A stretch of DNA of 63,941 bases, the filler included, from Candidatus Omnitrophota bacterium (lineage in GTDB: Bacteria; Omnitrophota; Gorgyraeia; Zapsychrales; Zapsychraceae), in NCBI GenBank assembly GCA_015233495.1. It is 4 parts of 4 records of this genome, joined end to end, with 100 filler letters (N's around TTAATTAATTAA, not from the genome) between each part and the next. Parts side by side here need not be neighbours in the genome. Positions count along the whole stretch, not along the records: positions 20,263 to 39,910 come from JADFXQ010000036.1; positions 40,011 to 59,402 come from JADFXQ010000037.1; 2 more parts are not named here. The stretch is one strand, 5' to 3'. Of this stretch, positions 30,647-40,858 are shown piece after piece; position 1 is the stretch's first letter; each line of letters opens with the position of its first letter. Under the pieces are notes generated by a model. It was not told the DNA's origin. It ran no database searches and was given only the letters and a program-made list of their open reading frames with translations. The position numbers were made by a program, and so were the translations under genes.

Positions 30647-32058
30647 TGTTTTCGCCGTTTACAGAAGTTAGAAAAGATGTTAAATTGTTAAATATGAAAA
30701 ACCTCGATAAAAATGTCCTGATTGATTTTGAAACCCGAATTCTGAATATGCTCCAAGGCAAAATGCATCTGATGCAGCCGCATGACGAGCGTGTGGCTTT
30801 GGTATCCGTCGCGTTAGAGCATCTATTAGACAAAGAAACCAATGCTGATTTAAAGCAAGCGTTTTCAACGCCCAGCTCCCGGGTTTTATTTATTGAGCGT
30901 TTTTTATCTTATGGAATTGTCACGGAAATTTTAAGCGATTTGGATACCGAGGATGTAATTATCAACGGCCTGAAGCCGATTTATGTCCATCATGGGAAAA
31001 AGGGATTTATTTCGACCCGCATAAGTTTTAGTTCGGAACGGGAATTAGACCTGTTCATTAAAAAACTTCTCCTTTTCTCTGGCAGGCACCGTATGGGAAA
31101 AATCATCAATTTGGAACTGGCGCATTTGGAGGGCCGGGTCAACATTGTCGCTTCCAGTTTTGGGCCGCAAGTGACGATCACCAAAGCCAAGGTTTCCCCG
31201 TTTAGTATTATTGATCTTATCCGTTCCGGGACTTTAACGCACGAAGTCGCGGGTCAGTTGTGGCTTTATATTGAAGGCATGAACATTCGTCCGGCGAATA
31301 TCATTATTGCCGGAGGCCCCGGGGTAGGTAAAACAACCTTGTTGAACGCGCTGTTCAGTTTTATTCCGCAGGAACACCGCACGGTAGTCATAGAAGACAC
31401 TTTGGAATTAAACACATTTTTGGAAGAAAGTTGTTCCCGCTTAGAGAGCGACGATGATCTTTCTTTAGCGGATTTGGTGAAAAATAGTTTGCGGATGCGT
31501 CCGGAACGGATTGTGGTCGGCGAGGTCCGCGGCGAGGAAGCCAAAGATATGATCACCGCGTGCAATATCGGCAAATATTGTATGGGCACGATTCACGCCT
31601 TGACCTCGCGTGAAGCCATTATCCGGTTGCAAAATATTCCGATGAATATCCCGGAAATGCTGTTAAATCTGATCGATGTGTTTATTGTTTTGAAGCGTTA
31701 TCATGTCAACGGCCAGGTCTATCGCGTCGTCGATGAAATCAGCGAAACCAGCGGCATGGAACAGTTGAAAATTCTTTTGTCCCAAGTTTTCAAATATAAT
31801 TATGACACTCGGGAAATCCGTCAGGTGAATCCCAGCACGGTTTATCGCGACCGGCTGGCGCATCAGTCGGGTTTATTGCCCCGGGATATCATGAAAGAAC
31901 ATTTATTGCGCAGTTTTTTGCTTAAACAATTAGATGAGCGCAATATTTCCACCGTCAAAGAAGTCACGACATTTTGTCACGCGTACAGCCGCAATCCCGC
32001 TGCGGCCGTAGCTGGTCTGGGCCACGACCGCGAACAGCTTCTGGGAAATAAAAAATAG
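30643..32058 (+). CDS. CpaF/TadA-VirB11 family secretion ATPase
   Basis: GGPGVGKTT, IEDTLEL, SLRMRPERIVVGEVRGEEA, GTIHA. Confidence 0.9.
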   Translation: MMFSPFTEVRKDVKLLNMKNLDKNVLIDFETRILNMLQGKMHLMQPHDERVALVSVALEHLLDKETNADLKQAFSTPSSRVLFIERFLSYGIVTEILSDLDTEDVIINGLKPIYVHHGKKGFISTRISFSSERELDLFIKKLLLFSGRHRMGKIINLELAHLEGRVNIVASSFGPQVTITKAKVSPFSIIDLIRSGTLTHEVAGQLWLYIEGMNIRPANIIIAGGPGVGKTTLLNALFSFIPQEHRTVVIEDTLELNTFLEESCSRLESDDDLSLADLVKNSLRMRPERIVVGEVRGEEAKDMITACNIGKYCMGTIHALTSREAIIRLQNIPMNIPEMLLNLIDVFIVLKRYHVNGQVYRVVDEISETSGMEQLKILLSQVFKYNYDTREIRQVNPSTVYRDRLAHQSGLLPRDIMKEHLLRSFLLKQLDERNISTVKEVTTFCHAYSRNPAAAVAGLGHDREQLLGNKK

Positions 32059-32131
32059 GCTTTCAAGCCGAGCGGATTAGAAATTTTCTTTTTGAAAATT
32101 TATTATAATTTAGGTGAAAGAAATAATCAAA

Positions 32132-32956
32132 ATGGCTTTCGCGATTTTAGATAAAGCAAAATGTATTCATGACGGGATATGCGCAGCCGCGTGCCCGATC
32201 GGCATTTTTCGTCGTGATCCGGCAACCGGTGAGCCCGTCGCAGTTGATGACGCGGAAAAACTATGCGTCCGTTGCGGGCATTGCGTCAGCGTTTGTCCGA
32301 CCGGCGCTTTGGCTTTAGAATTTCTTTCGACAGCTCAATGTGAGCCTTTACCAAAATCCTGGGCCTTGTCGCCTAAGGCCACCGCCGGATTGCTCAAAGG
32401 ACGCCGTTCGATGCGTAATTATCAAAAAAAGATTGTGTCCCGTCCGATCATTGAACAAATATTAGATATCGTTCGTTTTTCCCCGTCAGGAATCAACCTT
32501 CAGCCTTTATCTTGGATTGTTGTGCAAGAGTCGGCTACGGTTCGGGATATTGCCCGGTTGACGATTGATTGGATGCGCGCTTTGATTTCCCAGGGATCGC
32601 CTTTAGCTGCCGGTCTGCGCATGGAAAAATCGGTAGCGGCTTGGGATCAGGGAAAAGACGGGATATGCCGCGGCGCGCCGCATCTTTTGATCGCTTACGG
32701 ATACACGGAAGACCTGACTGCTCCGCAAGCCGCGACCATCGCGCTAACCTATTTTGATCTTTTGGCGGCGGGGCATGGCCTGGGAGCTTGTTGGGCCGGA
32801 TATGTTCAGCTGGCGGCCAACGCGTATCCGGATTTAAAAAAGCGACTCGGTTTGCGTTCGCGTCATTCTTGCGTTGGAGCGATGCTCTTTGGATATCCGC
32901 AATTTGTTTATCAGCGTATCCCGCCGCGTAACCATCCTAAAGTCACTTATCTTTAG
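32132..32956 (+). CDS. Nitroreductase family protein with N-terminal ferredoxin domain
   Basis: CxxDxxCxxxCP and CVRCGHCVSVCP, RRSMRNY, PSGINLQP, GLGACWAG. Confidence 0.9.
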   Translation: MAFAILDKAKCIHDGICAAACPIGIFRRDPATGEPVAVDDAEKLCVRCGHCVSVCPTGALALEFLSTAQCEPLPKSWALSPKATAGLLKGRRSMRNYQKKIVSRPIIEQILDIVRFSPSGINLQPLSWIVVQESATVRDIARLTIDWMRALISQGSPLAAGLRMEKSVAAWDQGKDGICRGAPHLLIAYGYTEDLTAPQAATIALTYFDLLAAGHGLGACWAGYVQLAANAYPDLKKRLGLRSRHSCVGAMLFGYPQFVYQRIPPRNHPKVTYL

Positions 32957-32967
32957 AGGAAAATATT

Positions 32968-33783
32968 ATGGTGTCCGTTTTGATGCCCGTCTATAATTGC
33001 GATCGGTTTGTGGGCGATGCCGTGCAAAGTATCCTCGATCAAACTTATTCCGATTTTGAATTTATTATTATCGACGATAATTCCACGGACGCGACCTGGG
33101 AGATATTGAACCGTTACGCGGTAAAAGACCGGCGGATTAAATTATTGCGCAATCCGACGAATCAGGGAATTGTTTTCACGCGTAACCGCGCTTTGCAGAC
33201 AGTTTCTTTCGGGAATAAATACATCGCGATTATGGACGCCGATGACCTTGCAGTGCCGCAGCGGTTAGAAAAACAATTCCGCTATTTGGAAGGCTATCCC
33301 GAGTGCTCGTTCTTGGGCGGGGCGATGATCCTGATCAATGAAGAAGGCAAAGAGCTTGGCCGCCGGTTTTATCCGCAAACTCATACGGCGATCCAAAAGA
33401 TGATCGGCCGCCGTAATCCGTTCGCGCAACCGACGGTCATGGCGCGGCGTTCCTTGTTCAACGCGATTGGCGGTTATAACCCGGCCTTCCCGGTCGCGGA
33501 AGATTATGAGCTGTGGTTCCGCGCTTTGGAACGTCACGCGGCCGCCAATCTTCCGGATATTTTATTATATTACCGGCTGAGTAACGATCAGACAAAAGTC
33601 AAACAGCTGAAAGAAATTTTGCGCAATACTATTTTGATTCAGAAAACCCGGTTATTTCAGCCGCGTTTTTTTTCTCTGCTGAATCTTTTTTGTTTTTTCG
33701 GAGAAATTTTTTTGCTATTATTGCCGGCGGCGTGGATCCTTTGGTTATTTGAAAAAAAGACCTATCGGAAATCGCATGGATAG
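32968..33783 (+). CDS. Glycosyltransferase family 2
   Basis: VSVLMPVYN, IIDDNSTD, MDADD, EDYELW. Confidence 0.92.
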   Translation: MVSVLMPVYNCDRFVGDAVQSILDQTYSDFEFIIIDDNSTDATWEILNRYAVKDRRIKLLRNPTNQGIVFTRNRALQTVSFGNKYIAIMDADDLAVPQRLEKQFRYLEGYPECSFLGGAMILINEEGKELGRRFYPQTHTAIQKMIGRRNPFAQPTVMARRSLFNAIGGYNPAFPVAEDYELWFRALERHAAANLPDILLYYRLSNDQTKVKQLKEILRNTILIQKTRLFQPRFFSLLNLFCFFGEIFLLLLPAAWILWLFEKKTYRKSHG

Positions 33784-34522
33784 ATTTACCCGCGTTAAAC
33801 TGCTGATCGGCGAAGCAAAATGGCAGCGCTTAAACCAAAGCCGGGTCACGGTGATCGGATTAGGCGCGGTGGGCAGTTATGCGGTCGAGGCCTTGGCGCG
33901 CGGCGGAGTCGGTCATTTGCGTTTGGTGGATTTTGACACAATTCGGGCGAGCAATATCAACCGGCAATTGTTTGCCTTAGAGTCAACGGTTGGAAAAACC
34001 AAGCCCGAGGTCGCGGCCCGGCGCGTCAAGGACATAAATCCAGATTGCGTTGTGGAGCCGTTGGAAATATTCGCGGCTGAGGATTCATTCAACGCGATTT
34101 TGGATAACCAGCCGCATTTGGTCATTGACGCGATTGACGCAGTGAACCCCAAAGTGCAACTGCTTACGGCTTTGCATCAACGCGGGGTTCCGATGATTGC
34201 GTCAATGGGCGCTGCGGTGCGCACGGATCCGGCGGCGATCCGTTTTGGGGATTTGTTTTCGACCAAAAATTGTCCTTTGGCCAAAGTTGTCCGTTACCGT
34301 TTAAAACGCCGGGGAATCAATAGCGGAATCCCTTGCGTATATTCCGAGGAGCCGGATTATCAGTCGAAATACCCCTCGATCAGAGAGGAGAATCCCGAAG
34401 ACGCGTATCAACGCGGCCGCAAACGCCAGGTCTTGGGAAGTTTGCCAACCATCACCGGGATTTTTGGTTTGACGGTGGGACATAAAGCAATGGAAATGCT
34501 CTGCGCAGGATTTGAAAGGTGA
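33776..34522 (+). CDS. tcdA: tRNA threonylcarbamoyladenosine dehydratase (ThiF family)
   Basis: GLGAVGS, SNINRQ, IDAID, SMGAA, CPLA, VYSEE. Confidence 0.88.
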   Translation: MDRFTRVKLLIGEAKWQRLNQSRVTVIGLGAVGSYAVEALARGGVGHLRLVDFDTIRASNINRQLFALESTVGKTKPEVAARRVKDINPDCVVEPLEIFAAEDSFNAILDNQPHLVIDAIDAVNPKVQLLTALHQRGVPMIASMGAAVRTDPAAIRFGDLFSTKNCPLAKVVRYRLKRRGINSGIPCVYSEEPDYQSKYPSIREENPEDAYQRGRKRQVLGSLPTITGIFGLTVGHKAMEMLCAGFER

Positions 34523-36291
34523 AGATAATGCAAAATTTGTCTTATTCGTTTTTAGATAAAAAAATTATTATTCGGATTAAGAACCGGATTTGCGAATCTT
34601 CCGATGAGCTGTTCGACAGCGCTTTGTGCCGGCAAGTCGTCACGCGCTGCGTGAAAGAATTGGCCAAGCGCCAATCCTTGTTGGCGCGGCCGTTTGGCGC
34701 TTTAGATGTGACCAAAGACAAAATCCAGGTCTTTATTGAGACTCTGCGTTTTTTGGCGAAAATGGATGTTGATTTGGTCCCGAAAGTTGTGAAGGGCGCG
34801 GACGGGTTTTTAAAAGACAAGGTTTTGTTCAATGATCTGATCGAGCATTTGTATAATTTTTGGCGCAGTTTTGACCGGTTTATTATTTGCGATTCCACGG
34901 GATTTGATTTGGACCAGAAACCCTACCGCACGTTTAATACAACGATCGAGCATCTGATGCATTTGATCCGCGCCACTTACCGGGATATTCAAGAGAATCT
35001 GACCGGGTTTCATCCCAAGATTTACCGCCAGGTACGTTCCGGCGCCAGTGTGGCCGCGATCGCCCAAGGCCGTCCCCTTTGGCAAGGGGAAACCTTTTAC
35101 GCTAAACTCAACGCAATTGCAGTCATGAGCCAGATTTTGCTTTATCCGCCATTGATTCTCGAGCCGCCCATGAACAAACGGACCGGAAAATTCGAGCGGG
35201 TCATGGTTAATCCACTCGAACGTTTAACGATCGACGCCAAAGAGTGGCTTGGTTATCCGGCAAAAGTCGGAGAGTTGATCATCTTGATTTATTTTCACAA
35301 TAAATTCGCGGAATTGGGATTTTCTTTGTGCAACCTTTTTGAACTGGCGGATGAAAAAGACTTAACGCGTCCGCCGGACGCGGTGTTTTGTTATGGGGTG
35401 CCGCGGCGTTTGGTGGAAGGTCTGGGCGCTTCGCCTACCGTGTTTTTTGACGATGAAGAAAACCAGCTCTTAGTCGGCGCGATCCCGGAAGATGACGAAT
35501 TCGGTTATTTTGGCTATTTGAAAAAAATGGTTTTGACTCTGCATAATATCGTCATGATGAAACGCGGCCGTCTGCCGTATCACGGCGCAATGGTCCGGGT
35601 AATTTTAAAAGGCGGCCGCGCTGCCACGATCTTGATGATCGGCGACACCGGAGCCGGGAAATCCGAGACCTTGGAAGCTTTTCGCGCGATCGGCCAAGAT
35701 GAAATTCAAGATTTGATTATCATTGCCGATGACATGGGTTCTTTGCAGATCGACAGTCAAGGCCAGATCATCGGTTACGGCACGGAAACCGGCGCGTTTT
35801 TGCGCGTCGATGATCTGAAGCCGGGTTATGCTTTCGGCCAGATTGACCGGGCGATTATCATGAGCCCGAGCAAAATCAACGCGCGTATCATTTTGCCGGT
35901 CACGACTTTTAATAATGTGATTCAGGGATTTGGCGTTGATATGGTTTTGTATGTAAATAATTATGAAGATGTGGATGATGATCATCCGGTCATCGAACGT
36001 TTAAAAGACAAAGACCAAGCTATGAACGTGTTCCGCGAAGGCACGGTCATGAGCAAGGGGACAACCACTACGACGGGAATAGTGCATTCCTATTACGCCA
36101 ATGTCTTTGGCCCGCCGCAATACAAAGACCTGCACGAAAAATTAGCCCAAAAATATTTTACCGCGATCTTTAAGAAAAATATTTTTGTCGGACAAATGCG
36201 CACCCGGCTCGGGCTTCCCGGATACGAACAATCCGGCCCAGCCGAAGCCGCGCGGCAATTGCTTGCCTTGATTCGGGGAAATAATCGATAG
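34519..36291 (+). CDS. Phosphoenolpyruvate carboxykinase-like protein
   Basis: YFGYLKK, LPYHG, P-loop GDTGAGKSETL, DDMG, GTETGAF. Confidence 0.7.
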   Translation: MKIMQNLSYSFLDKKIIIRIKNRICESSDELFDSALCRQVVTRCVKELAKRQSLLARPFGALDVTKDKIQVFIETLRFLAKMDVDLVPKVVKGADGFLKDKVLFNDLIEHLYNFWRSFDRFIICDSTGFDLDQKPYRTFNTTIEHLMHLIRATYRDIQENLTGFHPKIYRQVRSGASVAAIAQGRPLWQGETFYAKLNAIAVMSQILLYPPLILEPPMNKRTGKFERVMVNPLERLTIDAKEWLGYPAKVGELIILIYFHNKFAELGFSLCNLFELADEKDLTRPPDAVFCYGVPRRLVEGLGASPTVFFDDEENQLLVGAIPEDDEFGYFGYLKKMVLTLHNIVMMKRGRLPYHGAMVRVILKGGRAATILMIGDTGAGKSETLEAFRAIGQDEIQDLIIIADDMGSLQIDSQGQIIGYGTETGAFLRVDDLKPGYAFGQIDRAIIMSPSKINARIILPVTTFNNVIQGFGVDMVLYVNNYEDVDDDHPVIERLKDKDQAMNVFREGTVMSKGTTTTTGIVHSYYANVFGPPQYKDLHEKLAQKYFTAIFKKNIFVGQMRTRLGLPGYEQSGPAEAARQLLALIRGNNR

Positions 36292-36429
36292 AAATTGCCA
36301 AGCTTCAAAACGATCAGCCGCCGCCTTTTTTTTCGCCTATCTGTCAAATATACTTATAAAGGGTAGCATACGTGTCCAATTTGGACAGCATATATAGTCG
36401 GCCAAGTTTATTTGAGACATGAATCGTGC

Positions 36430-36455
36430 GTAGGGGCGGACCTTGTGTCCGCCCG
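36430..36455 (+). repeat. GTAG-type REP
   Basis: GTAGGGGCGGACCTTGTGTCCGCCC hairpin. Confidence 0.7.
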
Positions 36456-36537
36456 AGGCAACGGGCCGAGAGAAGCTCGGCCCGCATAATTTGGACAGCA
36501 ATGATAGGGTATATATATTTTTGATCGGAGCGCAAGT

Positions 36538-39500
36538 ATGCCGCGAATTTATAAAATTATAGCTCATTTGCTTTGTTTTTGTTTATTTTTTGAACAAAGC
36601 GGATTTGCCCAGATAGCCGGAAGTCTGGACATTCCGGGAGCAATGGCGGCGTTTCGCAATTCTTTGATCCAGGAACCGTTTCGGCCTTTGCATTTGCGGT
36701 CATTGAAGTATGACATGGCCGGCAGTAATTTCCGTTTGCTTTTGGATAAAGGCGATGCAAAAGCGCTTCCGTCATCCGCGATCGAAACTACGGCGAAAAT
36801 TTTATTCGATTATTTTGTCGTAGGCATCGCTTTGCCGAACAGCGCATTTTGGGTAAATTTAAAACCGGACGCGCCTGACCGGATTCTGGATGACCGTTTG
36901 GCCAAAACCGATATGGGTAAGGTTTTGTTGGAAGCGGATTTGCAGTTGAAAAAAGATACTGCCAAGTTTACTTCCCCGGATATGCCGGAAGGAAAAATCT
37001 ATTGGGAAAAACTTTATCAGAAAGCCGCGGAACTTTATGGAAAGCAAGACGTAGCGATTCCGACAATGGTGAGGCCTTGGATTGTGCCGGCGGAAATTAT
37101 TATGCGGGAACAGCGGACAGAGGACGCAGGCCGGAAGCCGGAAAGCCGGATACCGAGCGGGGCGTATATTTATAAGGCGACGTTGAAGGTCATGCTGGAG
37201 CAGGATTATTTAAATAATTCCGATGTCTACAATTTCAAAGACCAGCGCGCCAAAACCCTTAATGAATACGCGGCAAAATTAGCCCGGGAAATGATCATCC
37301 CGCTTTTGACCCAGGAAGTCAACACTGCCCCGCGTTACGCGGCATTGCGCCAGGTATATTATTCCTTAATTATGGCGCAGTGGTTCAAATCGCGGTTCAA
37401 AGACAAGCCGGGTACATATTCGTCGCTAATTGATAAAGAAAACTTAGAAGGCTTGACCTCAAAAAAATCCTGGTCGCCGCAGACCTATTTTCAGGCCTAC
37501 AACAAATCCTTTAAAGACGGCGAATACAACATCGACCGGGCGGTCGGCACAGACAGCGAACCGCTGGTCCGCAATTACATCAGCGGCGGGATTGTATTGA
37601 ATATGCCTTTCCCGTCGGCCGGCGCAAGCCCGGCAATTATTGGCGATACAAAAATAGCGGTTTTGCCCGGAACTTCCGCCGGCTCGCCGGAAAGCGTTAA
37701 TAATATTGCTTTGTCTTTTTTAGGAGGAAATGCAATGAAAGTATCTTCGCCTGTTGCACAGGAGGCGCTGACTCAAGGAGGAAGTTTTAGTTTTGATAGA
37801 ATTAATAATTTAATTCAATCCGTGTATCCGGGCCAGTCTGATTTAGATATTAAAGAATTTTACAAAGCCGTAGTCGAGGTGAAAGATTTAAATGAAGAAC
37901 ATTTAGATGATTTACATTTATTACATTTGTATTCTGAATATCAAAAAAATAATGCTTTATATGCCAAATTTTTAATGTTTCGGAATGTTAATTTAATAAT
38001 ACTCTTCATCAGTACAATTCTACTATATAATTATCCTGTATTTCGTAAAATGCTTATACCTACAAATCTTATTCTTGCTTCTAGTAATTTTTTATCGCAT
38101 CTTTTTGTATATTCATATTCTTTAATATTTAAATTGCCATTTTTGAATCGAATTAAAAGTCTTGAAGTTTCTACAGAGGATGAACAAATTGATGGATTGA
38201 TTGGAAAAACCTTGACCCATCTCAGCCGGGAGGAGAACCTGCCGGGAAATATTGGGCCGGAAGCGCGGGTATTGGATGTTTTTTTAAGAGATGACATTTC
38301 ATCTTTATCGAGTGATCTTAAAAATTCTTTAGGTAAGACAGAGTTTCAAACGCCACAGGATTTGACTGGATTAATAAAGTTACTGTTTAACGCTCAAAGA
38401 AAACCCCGCCGCTGGTGGCAGGGTAATACCAATTCTCAAAGATATCGTTATCAAAGGTTTTTATCGCGTTTGATCGCGTTATCTTTATTTTCAAAGCAAG
38501 GCGCTACAGTTAATTATTTAGCTCTTAGCATTATTTTTATTTTGCAAGAGATAGCCGCGGAAGGCGATGATCGGGATATACAAGATGTAGTCGAAATCAT
38601 GACTGCCGCGCAAGGAGATTTGCGCGTGGCAATGAATAATCAGGAAGTTGAAATTACGGATTTAACCGATCATTTTACGCAAATGCTAGTTGGAGCATGG
38701 AAAACCGACTCGGAAAAAGATATATCCGTGAAGCGAAAACAGTTTCAAGCGGTCGTTGCTCCGCTTGCAAAATATATTTTTACGCGAATTCAATTAACGA
38801 ACAAAAGGGCGGAAGGTTTGTCTTTGCAGAAAACGGTTGAAACCTCGGTTCAAAACACTTTAGCGAGTTTGTTGGCGCAAGAAGATAAGGACATGGTGTT
38901 GGCGACGATTGATGCTTTGTGGGAAGAAGCGGAAACCCGGGGCATAGCTATGGAACAAATTGAGGAATTGGTTTACAATCGTGTTTTAATCGCAGACCGG
39001 ATCCCTGACGGAAGAGTGGTGCAGGCGGAATATGAACCGGGTGGTGTAATCCATTTAACGCCGCTTAATGCGGCACAAAGAGCGGCGGCATATAAAAGGT
39101 TATTAATCGCTTTGGGTTTGGATGATCGCCAAATAGCGGCAAAGTTCCGCGGGCTAAATCTCCCGGAAACAAAACAAGAGTCACAAAATAAAGAGGGCCT
39201 ATTGTTGGTTGAACCGGCGGCTGAGATGGCAGCATCAGCTCAATTGCCGCCGCAACCGGCTTTGCCGCAAAGAAGTTCACCGGCAAGCGTTTCCGGGGCA
39301 GCGGCATCGCCTGCTCAAGCCGCGGATAAAAACGGCGGGGTGGATTTTCGGGCCTTGCCAGTGCCGGCTTTGCCGGTTTTACCGATGGGAAATGTTCCTC
39401 CGGCAATGATTGGGGATTTTAGCCGTTTGGATATTCGGAAAGAATGGTCGTATATTCAAAATATGGTCAATGAAGGCGTGATTCCTTCCGATCAACGTTT

Positions 39501-39735
39501 GCGGAATTATTTATTAGCCGCTTGCCAACAAAAGAGGTTGGCGCGGGACATTAACCAAATATTAGGCTTGCTTGCCGACGTGCTGCGTTTGGAAGAAAAT
39601 CATGCCGCGTTAACCGAGCCGGGGATTGAAAATATGCTCGCGCTCCTCGAATCCGACCGGCCGAACCAGGAAATCCAATCCGGTTTGAGCCGAATTTCTA
39701 CGGCAGCGCCGGAATTGCAATTGAGTATTCCGTAA
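36538..39735 (+). CDS. Large exported/membrane hypothetical protein with conserved-looking N- and C-terminal modules
   Basis: 1065-aa ORF, signal peptide, FWVNL...LEADLQLKKDTA...RPWIVP...LRQVYYSLI N-module, GGVDFRALP C-module, AT-rich middle. Confidence 0.8.
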   Translation: MPRIYKIIAHLLCFCLFFEQSGFAQIAGSLDIPGAMAAFRNSLIQEPFRPLHLRSLKYDMAGSNFRLLLDKGDAKALPSSAIETTAKILFDYFVVGIALPNSAFWVNLKPDAPDRILDDRLAKTDMGKVLLEADLQLKKDTAKFTSPDMPEGKIYWEKLYQKAAELYGKQDVAIPTMVRPWIVPAEIIMREQRTEDAGRKPESRIPSGAYIYKATLKVMLEQDYLNNSDVYNFKDQRAKTLNEYAAKLAREMIIPLLTQEVNTAPRYAALRQVYYSLIMAQWFKSRFKDKPGTYSSLIDKENLEGLTSKKSWSPQTYFQAYNKSFKDGEYNIDRAVGTDSEPLVRNYISGGIVLNMPFPSAGASPAIIGDTKIAVLPGTSAGSPESVNNIALSFLGGNAMKVSSPVAQEALTQGGSFSFDRINNLIQSVYPGQSDLDIKEFYKAVVEVKDLNEEHLDDLHLLHLYSEYQKNNALYAKFLMFRNVNLIILFISTILLYNYPVFRKMLIPTNLILASSNFLSHLFVYSYSLIFKLPFLNRIKSLEVSTEDEQIDGLIGKTLTHLSREENLPGNIGPEARVLDVFLRDDISSLSSDLKNSLGKTEFQTPQDLTGLIKLLFNAQRKPRRWWQGNTNSQRYRYQRFLSRLIALSLFSKQGATVNYLALSIIFILQEIAAEGDDRDIQDVVEIMTAAQGDLRVAMNNQEVEITDLTDHFTQMLVGAWKTDSEKDISVKRKQFQAVVAPLAKYIFTRIQLTNKRAEGLSLQKTVETSVQNTLASLLAQEDKDMVLATIDALWEEAETRGIAMEQIEELVYNRVLIADRIPDGRVVQAEYEPGGVIHLTPLNAAQRAAAYKRLLIALGLDDRQIAAKFRGLNLPETKQESQNKEGLLLVEPAAEMAASAQLPPQPALPQRSSPASVSGAAASPAQAADKNGGVDFRALPVPALPVLPMGNVPPAMIGDFSRLDIRKEWSYIQNMVNEGVIPSDQRLRNYLLAACQQKRLARDINQILGLLADVLRLEENHAALTEPGIENMLALLESDRPNQEIQSGLSRISTAAPELQLSIP

Positions 39736-39785
39736 TAGATTCTTGCTTCCGCGGGAATGACAAAATCCAATAAATTTTAAAAATT

Positions 39786-39910
39786 TGTAACGCCAAAATG
39801 ATAATGTCCTAATTGGCCAAAATGAAAATGTCCTAATCTGATAACATACCATAACGATAAAAAGGGGGCGTTATGGTTGACAGAGAGGATATGGTTATGG
39901 TTAGGACGGA
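39786..39910 (+). mobile_element. IS left end and transposase start (ISNCY/IS481-like), cut by contig gap
   Basis: TGT terminus, tandem CCAAAATGA(T/A)AATGTCCTAAT repeats, RBS and ATG at 39873 (MVDREDMVMVRT). Confidence 0.7.
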
Positions 39911-40010
39911 NNNNNNNNNNNNNNNNNNNNNNNNNNNNNNNNNNNNNNNNNNNNTTAATTAATTAANNNNNNNNNNNNNNNNNNNNNNNNNNNNNNNNNN
40001 NNNNNNNNNN

Positions 40011-40361
40011 GAAACTGTTGAATACATTTTGCCAGATAAGAGAATCAAGTTTAAGACAGGCGATATATACAAGATGGAGAAAGACTTTTCCTACGCCGGG
40101 GTTGGATACTATATATTTTTTTATGATGAAAAACATAAGCAGCGGCACATCAAACTGAATTACATCAGTGGTGATGATGAACTTATGGGCTATCTTCAGA
40201 AAAAAACCGGAATAAAAGTGCTGCGGGAGGGCACATTTGATGTCGAGAAAGAGCAGCGCCCGGCGGTGAAAGTATTAAAGATCATATGGAATATAATAAT
40301 AACTTTTTTCTTGGCTTGGATTGTTGTTTTATGGCCATTCATATCGCACTTTAAAAAATAG
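40011..40361 (+). CDS. Hypothetical membrane protein, 3' fragment
   Basis: Open frame from the contig start, C-terminal TM helix. Confidence 0.5.
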   Translation, partial: ETVEYILPDKRIKFKTGDIYKMEKDFSYAGVGYYIFFYDEKHKQRHIKLNYISGDDELMGYLQKKTGIKVLREGTFDVEKEQRPAVKVLKIIWNIIITFFLAWIVVLWPFISHFKK

Positions 40362-40786
40362 GTCCAAATTGCGGTTCGAACAATTCAATTGCCACGCAAT
40401 TGCGGGGACACACACTTTATTTCGTAAGTTATTTGTTTTCAACGAGCATTTTTCTTCCTTTTTTAAAAAACCCTATCGATGTCTTTTATTCCGTTGACAA
40501 AAATGGGCTTGTCTTAATCGGGAGAATTTGTCCCGGGCGCTTTCTGACCGCGCAGACCCGCGGCTTTCGACGATTATCCAGGTATTAAACACGTTGGTTT
40601 TTTCACTGAAAATTACCTAAAAACGCCTTATAAGAATAATTTTTCTTGACAAATCACGGTTCTATATTGAAAATTTGTTTGTAAAAGATCGGTTCTGCTT
40701 CCAGGCTAAATAACTCAACGCGGGCTTAAGAATTTTGATTCGACAACTTGGTGACGCAACAATTCGGAATTATTTTTTCATTCAAG

Positions 40787-40821
40787 AAACCTGTCTCTTG
40801 TTTTTAGGGACAGGTTTTTTT
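40787..40821 (+). terminator. Terminator-like hairpin in the leader of the S8 protease gene
   Basis: AAACCTGTCTC-loop-GGGACAGGTTT followed by T run, about 38 nt before the ATG. Confidence 0.6.
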
Positions 40822-40858
40822 ATTCGCTGTTAAATAAACACTGCCGGAGGATTGCGAT

